Counted from the stretch's first letter, positions 41,146-55,485 are shown. The stretch is 64,000 bases of DNA from Octopus vulgaris (GCA_951406725.2 OX597817.1:54622001-54686000); one strand, 5' to 3'. Made by a program: numbers and translations. Notes: generated by a model not told the origin, from the letters alone.

Positions 41146-41611
41146 AGAAAGCATTGAATATTGAGAAGCATATCGCCTTAGCAAGACAATTAAGAGAGAA
41201 TAAAACTTATAGCTATGCCACAGCAGCTGCGCAATCTGTGATCTACAGAGAAAAATCACTTGTAGGTTTAAAGTCCCACAAGAAATTGAATTTAAAAAAT
41301 TTCTTCTGTGTCTTTCGGTCATCGAATATTGAAACCGAGCTGAAAGCCCATTGCACACAGATACAGACAGACAGAAAGACATACATACACACACATGCAT
41401 ATTTATCAAAGTTTCATCTACATTTTCTATTATTCTATTATCCCTTTCAGCCAGACGCTGCAGCCACGCTGGGTCACCGTCATTAGCAACAATGCTTATT
41501 TTCGACAAATTTTCTGGTCCTTTATCTAAAATTGGTCCTTGGTGAAATTGTAAGTTGATCATATGGCTCTTTGCGATTCTTGCCGCGGCGTGGGTTCATC
41601 TGGTATTCTTT

Positions 41612-41945
41612 CATTCTATTATTCTTTTACTTGTTTTTGTCATTTGACCGCGGCCATGCAGGAGCACCACCTTTAGTCGAACAAATCGAACACAGGACTT
41701 ATTCTATCGGTTACTGAACCGCTGGACTCCGGGCACGTAAACACACCAACATCAGTTGTCAAGCAATGCTGGGGGGCGGGTGACAAACACAGACACACAA
41801 ACACATGCAGGTATATATGTATATATGGCGAGCTTCTTTCAGTTTCTGTGTACCAAATGCTCTCACAAGGTTTTGGTCAACCCTAAGCAACAGTAGAAGA
41901 CACTTTCCATGTGGTTGAGAAGCAAGCTTCTTGCCACACAGACAC
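41612..41945 (-). mobile_element. SINE family A (older, deleted copy)
   Basis: Both halves are recognisable on the minus strand. Confidence 0.75.
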
Positions 41946-41949
41946 GACT

Positions 41950-42159
41950 CTTTTACTCTTTGACTCTTTTACTTGTTTCAGTCATTTCACTGCGGCCATG
42001 CTGGAGCACCGCCTTTAGTCGAACAAATCGTACCCAGGACTTATTCTTTGTAAATCTAGTACTTATTCTATCGGTCTCTTTGGCCAAACCATTAAGCTAC
42101 GGGGACGTAAACACATCAGCATCGGTTGTTAAGCGATGTTGGGGAGACAAACAGACCCC

Positions 42160-42219
<60 letters not shown>

Positions 42220-42226
42220 TACACAC

Positions 42227-42257
<31 letters not shown>

Positions 42258-42420
42258 TATATACGACGGGTTTCTTTCAGTTTCCGTCTACCAAATCCCC
42301 TCACATGGCTTTGGTCGGCCCGAGGTTATAGTAGAAGACACTTGCCCAAGGTGCTATGCAGTGCGACTGAATTCGGAACCATGTGGTTGGTAAGCAAGCT
42401 ACTTACCACACAGCCACAGG
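41950..42420 (-). mobile_element. Full-length SINE family A
   Basis: Head ends cttaccacacagcca at about 42416; central (TA)n; tail ttactcttttacttgtttcagtcatt. Confidence 0.9.
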
Positions 42421-43043
42421 TTTTTGCATCTTCTCTCCAGGAAGTAAGGCCTAATCTCCTTTAGCCTCTCACAGTAATTCATCTGTTGCACTGATGCGAT
42501 TTGCTCGGTATAGTTGCTTGGACTACCTTGAAATCTATCGGGAGTTTGTGGAGACCATAATTGTGAGGAATAATCTAGACCAGAGTTCCGCAGACTGTTT
42601 TCACTTGCGATACACTTATATTCTTTTCAAAATTCGGCAACACACCTGAACTAAACACGTTACTAAAAGTGTACGGAAAAATTATATTCATGTTACACTG
42701 AGGTACACCTAGCATAGTTGCGTGACACAGCAGTGTGCCGCGACGTACTGAACATGAATGACAACGTAGGAAACTAGATGATTATGGCGACAATATTTAC
42801 TACACTATTACAAGAAGGTTGACAGTAACTTCGAAATCTCGGCCTACTAGCCTTCAATCGGTCTCTACTAGGAAGCCTAGCCTACCAACACGTGAAGTTG
42901 CTGTCAGCCCACATCTAAAAGTTTAGTATATAAATATTCTTCTAAAATGCATTGAATTGGGCAATGGATATTACTCTACCGCCGCGTTTCACAGAACAGT
43001 GCTATCGTCGTTAGCTTTTAGTTGAGTCGACCCTTAATGGTTA

Positions 43044-43237
43044 AGGAAGACTGCTCCGTGTTCACGGGACCGCAGGCGGTCGGCCTGCGCCGATAGAACC
43101 GTGACTGGCTCGCTATCTCCAGTGAACTGGCGCAGGACCGTCGTGCGTGGGCTGCCATGGTTCGAGGTGCCTCGAGGGTGCTAGAAGAAGCCGACTCAAC
43201 CCGCTCAGGGTGAATGTCGCCACAAGTACAAGTAAGT
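43044..43237 (+). mobile_element. 5'-truncated RTE-like LINE 3' end with TSD
   Basis: TSD acccttaatggtta at 43030-43043 and 43238-43251; ELAQDRRAWAAMV motif; tail caagtacaagtaagt. Confidence 0.85.
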
Positions 43238-43555
43238 ACCCTTAATGGTTATATCCTCAGGCTCACAATCATGAGGTAGTGAGTTCAATTTCGAAACCAG
43301 GCTGTGTGTTGTGTTCTTGAGCAAGACACTTTATTTCACGTTGCTCCAGTTCACTCAGCTGTAGAAAAAAGTTACGACGTGACTGGTGCCAAGCCAAATC
43401 GGACTTTGCTTTTCACGGTGGCGTAGAGACGGGAGGCTGGTATGCATGGGCGACTGCTGGTGTTTCATAAACAAACTTGCTTGGATTTGTGCCTTGCGGG
43501 TGAGGAGGTTTCTAGGCGCACTCCCAATGGTCATTCATGATCGAAGGGGATATCT
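43238..43555 (+). mobile_element. tRNA-derived SINE family G
   Basis: B-box-like gagttcaatttc followed by ttgtgttcttgagcaagacactttatttcacgttgctccagttcactcagctg. Confidence 0.65.
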
Positions 43556-44154
43556 ACCTATGTGCCTGACATTGTGTCTCTGTCACCCACTGTCACTTGT
43601 CAAGCCGTCTTGGTATACTTACGACCCCCATAACAACTTGACTTCGCGCAAAAATAGTAAAAATCTTTGAAATCGATTTATCAGAACTGATTTTTCCTCT
43701 GCAGAATAAACCCATGCGAAAATACTTATTATTGGTTTTAGACGTAAAAGGTATTTTGTTTAGTCTCTACTCCGAGTTTACACTTTAATGAACACCGAGA
43801 GCAGGAAAGACCTACATTCTTGTTGGCAAATTGATTTCTCTGGTTCGAGTGGTTGGGGGGGGGGGGTAAAATAATAAGATGGAAGATGGAATACGCGAGA
43901 ATGCATGCATGTATGTATGAATGGCCTTTAATATGTATGTGTGTGTATGCGCATATAATATTTATGCATATATTAATATGCCTACAAATACGCGCGCGCA
44001 CAAAGGTTCGTATATGCGCATAAGCTTCAAGATCTCTCTCTCTCTTTCTCTATTTATCTAACTATAAATTTATGTATGAATGTATGCATGCATGTATGTA
44101 TGTATCTATCTATCGAGCTATTTAGCTAGCTTCGCTAGCTGGCATATACATACA

Positions 44155-44493
<339 letters not shown>

Positions 44494-44962
44494 ATATATA
44501 TATATATGTATATGTGTGTATGTACGTGTGACTCTGTGTGTGTGTATGTGTGCAATCTACACTAATGTACTTATTTTTTTATCATATATTCTCCATGTTT
44601 TAGGTGTGTTTTCCGTTTTCTTTCCCCCACTCGTTTCTAACCGTAGAAGTGCCGACATCTTTTTTTTCCTTGTCGTCTGCTCTCTCGCCATTTCCTTCCT
44701 AACAGTCCTACTACATTTCTCGTTATAATTGATAGTTTTGTTGCTGCTGTCGTTGTTGTTGTTGTCGTTGTTGTTGTTGATGTTGAACCTATTATTAATA
44801 TTATGATCATTATTGATATTTTATTCATGATTGTTGTCGAGGATGTTGCTTACGGTGCTATTCCCTCATAATAAGTTTTCTCGTTTACCTAATTGATGGA
44901 AATGTCATTTTGGTGGTGTTATTGTTGTTCTGAAGTCTTCTTCTCGTTGTCGATGTTGTTGT

Positions 44963-45190
44963 TTCTTCTTCTTCTTCTTCTTCTTCTTCTTCTTCTTCTT
45001 CTTCTTCTTCTTCTCCTTCTTCTTCTTCTTCTTCTTCTTCTTCTTCTTCTTCTCCTTCTTCTTCTTCTTCTTCTTCTTCTTCTTCTCCTCCTTCTTCTTC
45101 TTCTTCTTCTTCTTCTTCTCCTTCTTCTTCTCCTTCTCCTTCTTCTTCTTCTTCTTCTTCTTCTTCTCCTCCTCCTCCTCCTTCTTCTCA
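44963..45190. repeat. (CTT)n microsatellite
   Basis: Direct inspection. Confidence 0.95.
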
Positions 45191-45315
45191 TCATCGTGGT
45201 CGTTGTCATCATCATCATCATCATCGTCGTCGTTGTTCTTGCTCTTGTTGTTGGCACTATTATTATTGTTGTTGTTGTTGGTATTATTGTTGTTATTATT
45301 ATTATTATTATTATT

Positions 45316-45405
45316 CAGTAGTTTTATTTTTTATAGCGTGCTTTCACTTCACTACCGAGCGCAGCTCTGTGTGCCTTGGGTATGTGCTGTGATTTGTTGT
45401 GATGC
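45316..45405 (-). mobile_element. Extreme 3' UTR of R4/Dong family b
   Basis: Reverse complement of about 37553-37648; embedded in (ATT)n. Confidence 0.9.
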
Positions 45406-45465
<60 letters not shown>

Positions 45466-45969
45466 ATTATTTAAAAAAAAGATTGACGTAACTCTTCACA
45501 AAGGTAAACAGTCAAGACAGATAGCGCGATTCGATCGTAAGATATTTTATTAGTTGAACGATTTTTCAACAGTAAGTCTGCCTTTGTCAAGTTCAAAATA
45601 AATGATAAAAATTCAAAATTATGGAAATTTAAACGTAAAGTATGAACGAGAGCAACCAGCGTGTGTCTATATGTTGATGGAATGACATCAACAGTTTTTA
45701 AGTTTCAATTTTATAACAGAAAAATTTCAACGAGGTCGGCTTTGCCTTTCATCCTTTCGAGGTCGGTAAATTAAGTACCAATTGCTTACTCGGCTCGATC
45801 TAATCGACTGGCACCCTCACCAAAAATTTCGGGCCTTGTGCAAAGATTATTATTATTATTATTATTATTATTGAAGGTGGACAGAAAAAGAAGACAAAGA
45901 TGAGGAAAGGTAAAAGAGAAAAAAGAAGAGTGTTTAATCAAACAGTTTTATATAAATTTGATGATATTC

Positions 45970-46500
45970 TCCTGTCGTCTTATTCATTCCTCCAAGGTGT
46001 GATGTTAATAACCCGCAAATATATTTCTCCTCAAGCATTCTGAGAATTGAAAGCGAAGCAAATTCTGAGAATACGCACTTTCAAGTCTTCTTCAAAATTG
46101 TAGCCGCTTGAAACGAAATGTTCAGCAAGTTCTGTCGAACAACTGTTTAACTGTTCTGTTGTAGAACCAACATAAATCAAGTGTTTCGTGCATTCTGCCG
46201 CGTACACCAAATGGGAATCTCTACATGTCCCACCTTCTGTATAAATCATAACATTTCTGTTATGATTCCTAATGGAATTCAGTTCACGCATGTTGCTGCA
46301 CAACGAACAGGGCTTACTTCCCTTGCGGCTGTTTTTCAAGGTACAGCGTGCAGATACTCCAATGTTCGCTTTTGTAGATTCAGAAATAGAGGTCAATAAT
46401 TCTCTTATATTGCGTCTAAAGGCTACAGTAGGCGGCTGAGGAAATATCTGTTTCAAACGAAGATACTTTGTCGTCACATACTGGTAACTTCCATGCAACA
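45970..46500 (-). pseudogene. Penelope-like (Neptune-type linker) GIY-YIG endonuclease remnant
   Basis: LKQIFPQPPTVAFRR..C..PCSLC..TCRDSHLVYAAECTKHLIYVGSTTEQL..LAEHF, then LEEKYICGLLTSHLGGMNK in another frame. Confidence 0.85.
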
Positions 46501-46891
46501 CTTTTGAAATGCCAGCTAATAACTAATTTGTGAACTACATCTGCCAACATTATGAAGTAACTCTGAGCCAGCTGGAACTGCTGTCGAACGGGTGTCGGCA
46601 CCATTCCTTCTCCCCTCTATTTCTTTGAGTCTTTATCTGAGTAACATTGCTTTTTTAATATAAATGTGTGTGTGTGTATGCATGGTAATTGATGAAGGAA
46701 TCGCAAAATAGATTTGGTTCCAGTCTTTATTCAGTACGACAATTGCTTCGACCACTCCTGCGACTGCCATGTTCGGCTGGAATGTTGTGCATCCAAGTGT
46801 GTTGCTTCGATCATTGCAGCCAGGGTAACATCAAGTATATGCTTACATAAAGTCGTGTCTCGCTAAATACATTGATACAGCGGTAAACGAT

Positions 46892-47236
46892 AATATAGTT
46901 CTATATTTAAGAGATGAGGAATTATGCACATTATTTACATTATTTACATTTGAGGGATATTTGTCCTCATCTTGTTTGTTGTTAACACAACGTTTCGGCT
47001 GATATACTCTCCAGCCTTCATCAGGTGTCTTCGAACCTCGACTCTCATTCCTAAGGTATTTTCGATGTTAAATATCTTAGGAGAGCAAAATACCTTACGA
47101 ATGAGAACCCAGGTTCGAAATTTCCCCAAGACACATGATGAAGGTTGGAGGGTATATCAGCCGAAACGTTGTGTTAACAACAAACAAGATGCGGACAAAT
47201 ATCCGTCAAATGTAAATAATGTAAATAATGTAAATA
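46892..47236 (-). mobile_element. Second member of the 38197-38678 family, 5'-truncated, palindromic
   Basis: TSD agcggtaaacgat at 46879-46891 and 47237-47249; main tail on minus 46897-47066; inverted 3'-truncated copy 47088-47236. Confidence 0.85.
46984..47029 (-). ncRNA. Minimal type I hammerhead ribozyme motif (intact core)
   Basis: gacac-CTGATGA-a-ggctgg(agagtata)tcagcc-GAAAC-GTT-gtgtt; loopless palindromic stem III (AACGTT), typical of dimeric PLE HHRs. Confidence 0.75.
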
Positions 47237-47247
47237 AGCGGTAAACG

Positions 47248-47496
47248 ATGTTACACATCGCTGTTCACAATGCGCTTGTCATTGTGTTAGCTCTTGAAAG
47301 ATGCTACCCAGCTGGCTAGGTGAACAAACCAATTCATCCCCCACCCAATGATCTGAAGGCTGTTCCTTCACAGGGTGACCCATTTACAGGTGGGTGGACT
47401 GGGCCTACCTGAATTGAAGTGTTTTGCTCTGTCCAGGAATCGAATCCAGGTCTAGCCATCGAGAGTCCAAAATTGACCACTGGACCACGCGCCTTC
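47248..47496 (-). mobile_element. tRNA-derived SINE family H
   Basis: Minus strand gaaggcgcgtggtccagtgg..ggattcgattcc; 3' part matches 34230-34350. Confidence 0.7.
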
Positions 47497-48090
47497 ACAC
47501 ATACATACATACATACATACATATATATTTATATGCATAAATTGTGCGAAATGGAAAGGGAGAGATAAGTGAGAGGGAGAGATAAGTGAGAGGGAGAGAG
47601 AGAGAGAGAGTGAGAGAGTGTGTTAGAAAGTGTGAGGGTGAGGTAAAGAGAGGAAGATTGCAGGTTTTGCAAAGGTAGACCACATTGAGAGTTAAAGTGA
47701 GTGTTGTGTCCTTAATTAGCCGAACTACTTATTGAATTTAGATCATCTAATTGTTCTTCAGATGTAATTCACTTTGTTTATGTTAATGAATTATTAATGC
47801 AGCAGCGGCGGTAGTGGTGGTGTCGGTGGTGTCGGGGTAAGATTGGCAGAGAGAAGAGGAAAGTATGAACGAATAACCAGAGAGAGAGGGGGAGGGAGAT
47901 GGAGAAGTGTGTGTGTGGTGGGAGGGTAAATAGATGGCGTTGGTAGTTGTGATGAGAATACTTCAGTTTAAAGATGTCAAAGTTGGAGGTGAAAATGGGA
48001 TGTGGTGTGAGGTTTTAATGAGGTGATTTAATGATGTATTCAAAATCACAGTAACCACTAATTACACACACATACATATGTGCATATATG

Positions 48091-48143
<53 letters not shown>

Positions 48144-48179
48144 CTATATATATATATATATATATACCTATATATATAC

Positions 48180-48221
<42 letters not shown>

Positions 48222-48374
48222 ATACACAAACACACACATATATCCACAAGTATGTATATATATGCATATATATATATATATATATATTGTGTGTGTGTGT
48301 GTGTGTGTGCGTATGCATATACTTATATTTATCTGTATACTGATAAATCATTACACACACACCTATATATATAT

Positions 48375-48464
<90 letters not shown>

Positions 48465-48899
48465 CGACGTATGAATATGTATGTAGGCATATACTTATGT
48501 AGGTATATATACACAGCAATATGCGTATATACAAACAAATTGTAATCAGTACATGAAGTAGATTTAATAATACTAACAGCAATTAAATCCTAGATTTTAC
48601 GCCGTTGTTAATCCGAGATTCACGTTTCTGCCACTTGACACGTCTAAATAATTTATTACACTTTAGAATCTTGTGTTGCTTTTATACGATGACTCAAAAC
48701 GAACTTCATAAATACGAAGATTTTTAAATTTAAAATACTTAAGACGTAGCAATTTAGATTTTAAATATTCAAGATGCAATTCTTGACAGAAAATCTGGGT
48801 ATATGAAAAGAATAGAAAATATACAGTCTCTTACTCTTTCACCTGTTTCAGTTCGAGAGCTGTGTCCATGCTGGAGCATCGCCGTTTGTTATGCTGCCG

Positions 48900-49205
48900 T
48901 TTCATTAACCCTCCTTTGATAGTTGGTGAATGAGAGCTTGATAATACGGCCCTCATTTACGTTTCCTACCGTGAATTTGATTAATGCGGGGACTGTTGAC
49001 ATTAGGAGGTCCAGTTTTGTTTTCGAGACATCTACAACCACCCCCCTGTAGATCCTACAAGTTTTGCAAGAAGGTATGGCAAGGGTGGGATTTCTGGCAC
49101 TTTGACAGCAATTGTGCCCCTTTCTAAAGTTACTATAACTTTCAATTCCAAAGCTTGGTTCAAGACCTTCCAGGTTCTCCCGGATGTATATTATGACATA
49201 TCTTA
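48900..49205 (-). pseudogene. CR1/L2-type LINE ORF2 C-terminal remnant
   Basis: RYVIIYIRENLEGLEPSFGIESYSN..VDVSKTKLDLLMSTVP resembles the FK.KLD.FL..VPD.P LINE tail. Confidence 0.6.
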
Positions 49206-49796
49206 TTTTGTTAAGCATATTTCTACAGAATTCATAACTAGCAATGATTTTTTGCTACAACATACATGCATACATACATGCACAAATATATATATGTTTA
49301 TATGCATAAATTGTGCGAAACGGTAAGAGAGAGATAATTGAGAGAGATAGAGAGTGGTAAAAATTATGAGGGTGAGATAAAAAGAGGAAGATTGGAGGTT
49401 TTGCAAAGGTAGACGTCGAATGTAAACAAACAATGAGATCGAAGACAAAAATCGGTAATGATGGATATGCCACATTTTGGGTTTTTTTGTCCCTTCATCA
49501 GCACGCATGTAACCCACTAACGCCTCCGAACACATTGATTATATAGCCACCGAATATATATTCAGTCTGCTATAATGAATCCATAAATACATATTAAACA
49601 TCTAAGGGTATATCGTTTTCCCTCTGAAGTTATTATACTCAAGTTATGTAAATTCAATATTTACTTAATATTTACAGAGTATTAATTGAAACAGCTGTAA
49701 GGATGATGATTTATTTGTTGTTAATTATAAACAAATCCCAATCTACATTTTCTTTTCTACTTTTACATGAATATAAACTATTTGTGTATACATACA

Positions 49797-49834
<38 letters not shown>

Positions 49835-50637
49835 AATTATTTTAAGGAAATTAATTCCCACCTCCAAATATATATCTATATATACATACATACGACTTAG
49901 TGGCTACATGTATGTATTTCTATATGTATTTGTCTGTACATATATCTACAACTATCTCTCTGTATCTCTCTGTATCTGTCTGTCTGTCTGTCTGTGTGTG
50001 TGTATATATATATATATGTATATATGCAGTAAGCCTCCATGACACACACGTATTTCATTGACTTCCTGTATTTAGACGTAGAATGAGAGTAGTCAAGTCA
50101 AAATGAAGTTAATATTGAGCGACTGGAGCATACAAGCGGAACGAACAATCTTGAATTTTGAGGGATCGAATATACACTCAGAATACCCTATTATGAAGTA
50201 TATTTAATTAGAATACGTAAAACACCACAAAATGGTTTATCTGATACTTAAAAAGGCAAGAGACTCACATGTGACAGCTAAATTTGCTTGATTAAGGCGT
50301 TGGTTGACATCGTAACTAATAAATTCATGCTCGGAGTTTTAATGGGAATACAATTTCACATGTGGTCACAGGCCACATACATATATACTTTGAGATAGTG
50401 TCATCCGTTGGAACTTTTCTCGCCGACAATTGTCGACCGTCGCAGTTGATTCACAGATCTTTGTCACCTCCAATCATCGGAGCAGAAATAGCCTGAATTA
50501 CGAACGCAGGGACAAGACGCGACTTCGTTAAAACAGTCACTCCCGTAAAGCAAATTTAATAAAATTTTAGATATTTTGCCTAGAGTTAAAGGGGTAACAA
50601 AAACAGATATATATATATAAAAAGATATATATATATA

Positions 50638-50944
50638 TCTTTATATATAAAATTGAAGTTGTGTGAGAGTCTGTCTCCTACGATTTAGATTCCTATCTAC
50701 TCCCACATTTTGCGGTGCAGTTTAACCAAAAGCGGGTATCTTATAGTCGTGATTCATATCGAGCCCTTCTGGGTATTAGCGCGCGTCTACGATGAGTCTA
50801 CGATTAAAAAAAAAAATTACCATCATTTTTTCGTTTTTTTAATGCATTTTTTGCTCGGTTTATATAAGGGAAGTAACTCTCTAAAAATGCTTATATAGTT
50901 ATTTCCCTTATACAAACCCGAGCAACGCCGGGCGATACTGCTAG
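50638..50944 (+). mobile_element. Non-autonomous Helitron
   Basis: A|TC start; subterminal hairpin cccgagcaacgccggg; CTAG|T end; second copy at 63837-64000. Confidence 0.88.
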
Positions 50945-51383
50945 TATATATATATATCAGAAGTCAAATGACTCTAAACTACTTTATCTATCCCAAAAAT
51001 ACGCGCTGAAAGCGAGAGAATGAACCAAAAAGTTTAGTCATATGTCGAAAATGTTTTGTCATACTCACGCACACACACACGCACACACATATGCACGTAT
51101 GTATGTATATAAGTCGGTAGATATGTACAAAAGCTGTATCCTATCACTTTAGCTATGTATCTATATAAATACATACCTACACATCGCTATATATGTCTGT
51201 TACATATCTCTACATCTCGCCCGTGGAACATCTCCATTTGCCAATAGAACCTGTCATGGACTCCGCATATGCTTTGTATAAAGACGATTAATAGACGACA
51301 CGATAACCGAACGCACAAATACACATGCACTCACATAAAAACACACACCTATATATGCGCGTACATGTATATCTGTGCGTGTA

Positions 51384-51511
<128 letters not shown>

Positions 51512-51573
51512 TTTGATTTTGATTTTTCCAGTTTCAGCTAATGAGCTGTGGCCATGCTGGGGCACCGCCATTA

Positions 51574-51628
<55 letters not shown>

Positions 51629-52030
51629 CATACATACGTGCATACACACAGACGTCTGTATTCACAAAGCAGGATGTTTTGTGGCTAAAGCGCCAAACGG
51701 AATTCAAATTATATTGATGTTGCAAAATGTACATTATTATGATCAAATGCACTTAGGGATGCGGTGTAGATGTTAAGGGTGACACACTCGGTCTGGAATT
51801 TAGCAATGTTAGAGGGTGGCGGGATTCATCAGAAATTTATTCAATGAAGTTAATGTGTTAAATAGACGCGACCGTAATGAGAAAAAGAGGTTTCGTTCAG
51901 CGTCAACTCTAACATCCTCACACATTCCATCATGGCTACATCTGGAGCTGCCCTTCCCTGTCGCATCGAAGCCTTATGTCTTTCGTTCTTCCTCTCTCTT
52001 TTATATATATTTAAATATGTATATGTATTT

Positions 52031-52115
<85 letters not shown>

Positions 52116-52451
52116 GTATATAAATATATATTTGCATATATATATATATAGATATAGATATATATATGTATATATATATACATATATATATGTATATATG
52201 TATGCATATATATATATATATATATATATTTACATATATAGGCATAAGTATATGTACATATATATATGTATATACTTGCACTGTATGTATGTATGCAAAT
52301 GTGTATGTGTGATTGTGTGTATGTGTATGTGTGTATGTGTGTGTGTGTTTTTGTTTGTATATATATGCACTGTATGCATGGATGTATGCAAATGTGTATG
52401 TGTGATTGTGTGTATGTGTGTGTGTTTTTGTTTGTCTTACAGAAAGAGAGA

Positions 52452-52493
<42 letters not shown>

Positions 52494-52754
52494 GACAGAG
52501 ATATAGAATGAGAGTTCATTCTCCACCCACATCTTCCCTTTCTTTCGATGCCCACAAATCTTCCGGGACTTGTAAAGCAAACAGACATACACACAGACTT
52601 AAACGCATACACGCAAATACACTTGCATAGAAGCATGTACACCAGAACACATCACCACACGTGCACGCATAAATATTTCCCCAATTATACGTGCATATTT
52701 AGATCAATAATAACGAAGGTAATTAGAGTGTAAAATTATATGTGTATAAAAGTA

Positions 52755-52801
<47 letters not shown>

Positions 52802-53437
52802 CTGAAAAATCTATTTGCATAAATAGCTGTATATAAATATATACACGCATCATTATGTGGTTTGCTATAAATTCATTCCATCTCTTCCTTCATCATTCAA
52901 TGCATTCATGGACTCATATATATATATATATATATATACACGTGTTAGTGTGTGTACAAGTGCCCGTTTTTTTATGTTTTTGAGTGCACGTATACATACG
53001 CATATACTTAAGAGTATATATGTATATATATATACATACATATATATACATGTATGTATATATTTATATATATATATATTTGTGTATGTATATATGTGTA
53101 TATATATATATAAATATGTATTTATCAATACATATATATATATACACGCATATATATACATATACATACACACATTTATAGATATAATCCAATGTATGTC
53201 AAGAAACACTAATTTATATAATGTATATAATTATATACACACACATTCACACACAAATATATAATAGGTTGTTCGTCAACAAATACCAATTTATATAAAT
53301 TATATAATTATATAGGCATAAAATCATACACACTAATATATATGTATATATCTGTATCTGTACCTCACTATTTTTCACTCAGCCCGTCCGTCTGTTCGTC
53401 TCTTTTTCTGTCTCTCTCTCACTCTTCCCCTCTCTTC

Positions 53438-53484
<47 letters not shown>

Positions 53485-53592
53485 CATATTCTATATATAT
53501 ATATGTATACATATATATGTATATATATATATGTATATATATATATGTGTGTATGTATATATATATACATATATGTATGTATATATATATAA

Positions 53593-53629
<37 letters not shown>

Positions 53630-53678
53630 GGTGACGTATATTTTGCAGCTACTGTTTATAACTCGCTCTAAGAATTAT

Positions 53679-53720
<42 letters not shown>

Positions 53721-54295
53721 CATTTTTATGCATATATATATATGTGTGTGTGTGTCTATGTCTATACATATATGTATGTATAAATATATACATATATATT
53801 TTTGTATAAACACATGCCATGTCCATGTGCGTGTATGTGTAAATATAAATTTACATCGATATACATGTATGTTCGGACGTATGTTTGTTTGTGTGTATTA
53901 TGTAACTATACATCTTTATCTGTCGACTTCTATCAGATGCACGTTCACACACACACACACACATACACGTACACACACACACATACACGTACACACGCAC
54001 ACTCATACACACACGCATAAACACAATTCTTTGAAAGTTAGTTGTAATTCATTCACTGCCAACCTACTCTAGAGAGTCATTAGATTTTCCTTCAACCCAC
54101 ATTCGCATTTCTACTCAAACACACTCTTATATATAGTGGTTGCGAATAGAAAGAGTCGATAGAGCTTCTTATAGCATGCTTTGTTGTATTTTATCCGGTT
54201 CTGTGTGTTTTGAGTTCAAATCATACCAAAGTCAAATTTGCTTTCCAATGCTTTGACGTCGACAAATAAATTCTTACTACACAATGGGCGTTATA

Positions 54296-55184
54296 TCCAT
54301 CTGTCTGTCTGTTCCCGTTTCATGGTTAAATGGCTGGACCAATAGTGATGATGTATTTCAAGGATACGAAGGAGGGAATCAAGAAGGTTTTCAGTGAAAA
54401 AAAAAAATGTGAAGAAGTATGATTATTTAGTGGATATTAAGTTTTGTAATAATAAATCGCTTCCGGTGACGAAGATTAACTCTGAATTCCCCTCCCCACC
54501 CAGTATAGTTCGTGAATTATAGCATTTAGATTTGCGATACTATCCTTTTATTTTCCCATCGTAGATGAGCAGATTCCTAAAGATTCCATTCCCACATTCA
54601 CAGCAAACAAGGCACAGGGCCAGATTTTAGATCATGCAGGTGTATTTTTATTGACTCCGATGTTTACACTCGCTATGAGTAGAGCAACATACTCCAGTAA
54701 TAATGTCTACCAAACAGTAAATATCGACTAGAAAGAAGTTTTGTAATCATATTGATATTATCAAAAGGAATAGGATTCATAATTTAAATAAGGAACTTTG
54801 TGAACTTCGAATGTACAAACAAGCATGAAATACCGTAAACAACTAAAATAAAAAGTATAATAAATAACAATTTTTTCTTAATACTTTTTACGAAGTAGTC
54901 GAAGGAAGGTCTGGCTTTCATTAGGAGTGGTCCATATAACCATTTTTGATAGAGAGGCTGGGAGCTTATTTCAGTTTGGGAGTGAAACGTCATCGCATGT
55001 CACTTAGTTGCAAACACACGTCATATAGCTGCAACAAAATGCTGTACCACCAACAACAATGTGATTTCTCAAAAACATCACCCAGTAATCTATCAAGTCC
55101 ATTTACACATTTCTCAATACATAATACTTTTGTGACTTACCTCTTACATTTTTTGCTTCCATCATAGATGGGTAGATTTGCTAG
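54296..55184 (+). mobile_element. Internally deleted Helitron with PIF1-helicase C-terminal remnant
   Basis: 54597-54746 encodes FTANKAQGQILDHAGVFLLTPMFTLAMSRAT..TVNID*KEVL*; hairpin ccatcatagatgg then CTAG|T at 55181-55184; 5' limit tentative. Confidence 0.7.
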
Positions 55185-55485
55185 TAAGCTTAATTGGCAG
55201 AAATGAAAGAGCGTCGAACAGGATGTTTCGTACAATTTGCTCCGGCCCTTTACGTTCTGAGTTCAAATGTTACCATAGCTTCTTTGGGTGATTGACTTAA
55301 CCCATTTCTCGGTTGACACCAGCCTCTGACACGTCGGTTACCTTCAGCAGTTACTGTTTCATCTGAGTAACTTTTTTTGCTGTGGTTCTTTTGACTCCCT
55401 CAGAGATTAGACTTTAACTTGTTACGTTAGATAGGAAATGTATGAACAGTTTTATCTCGTTAAAGGCAAACTGTAATACATTTAT

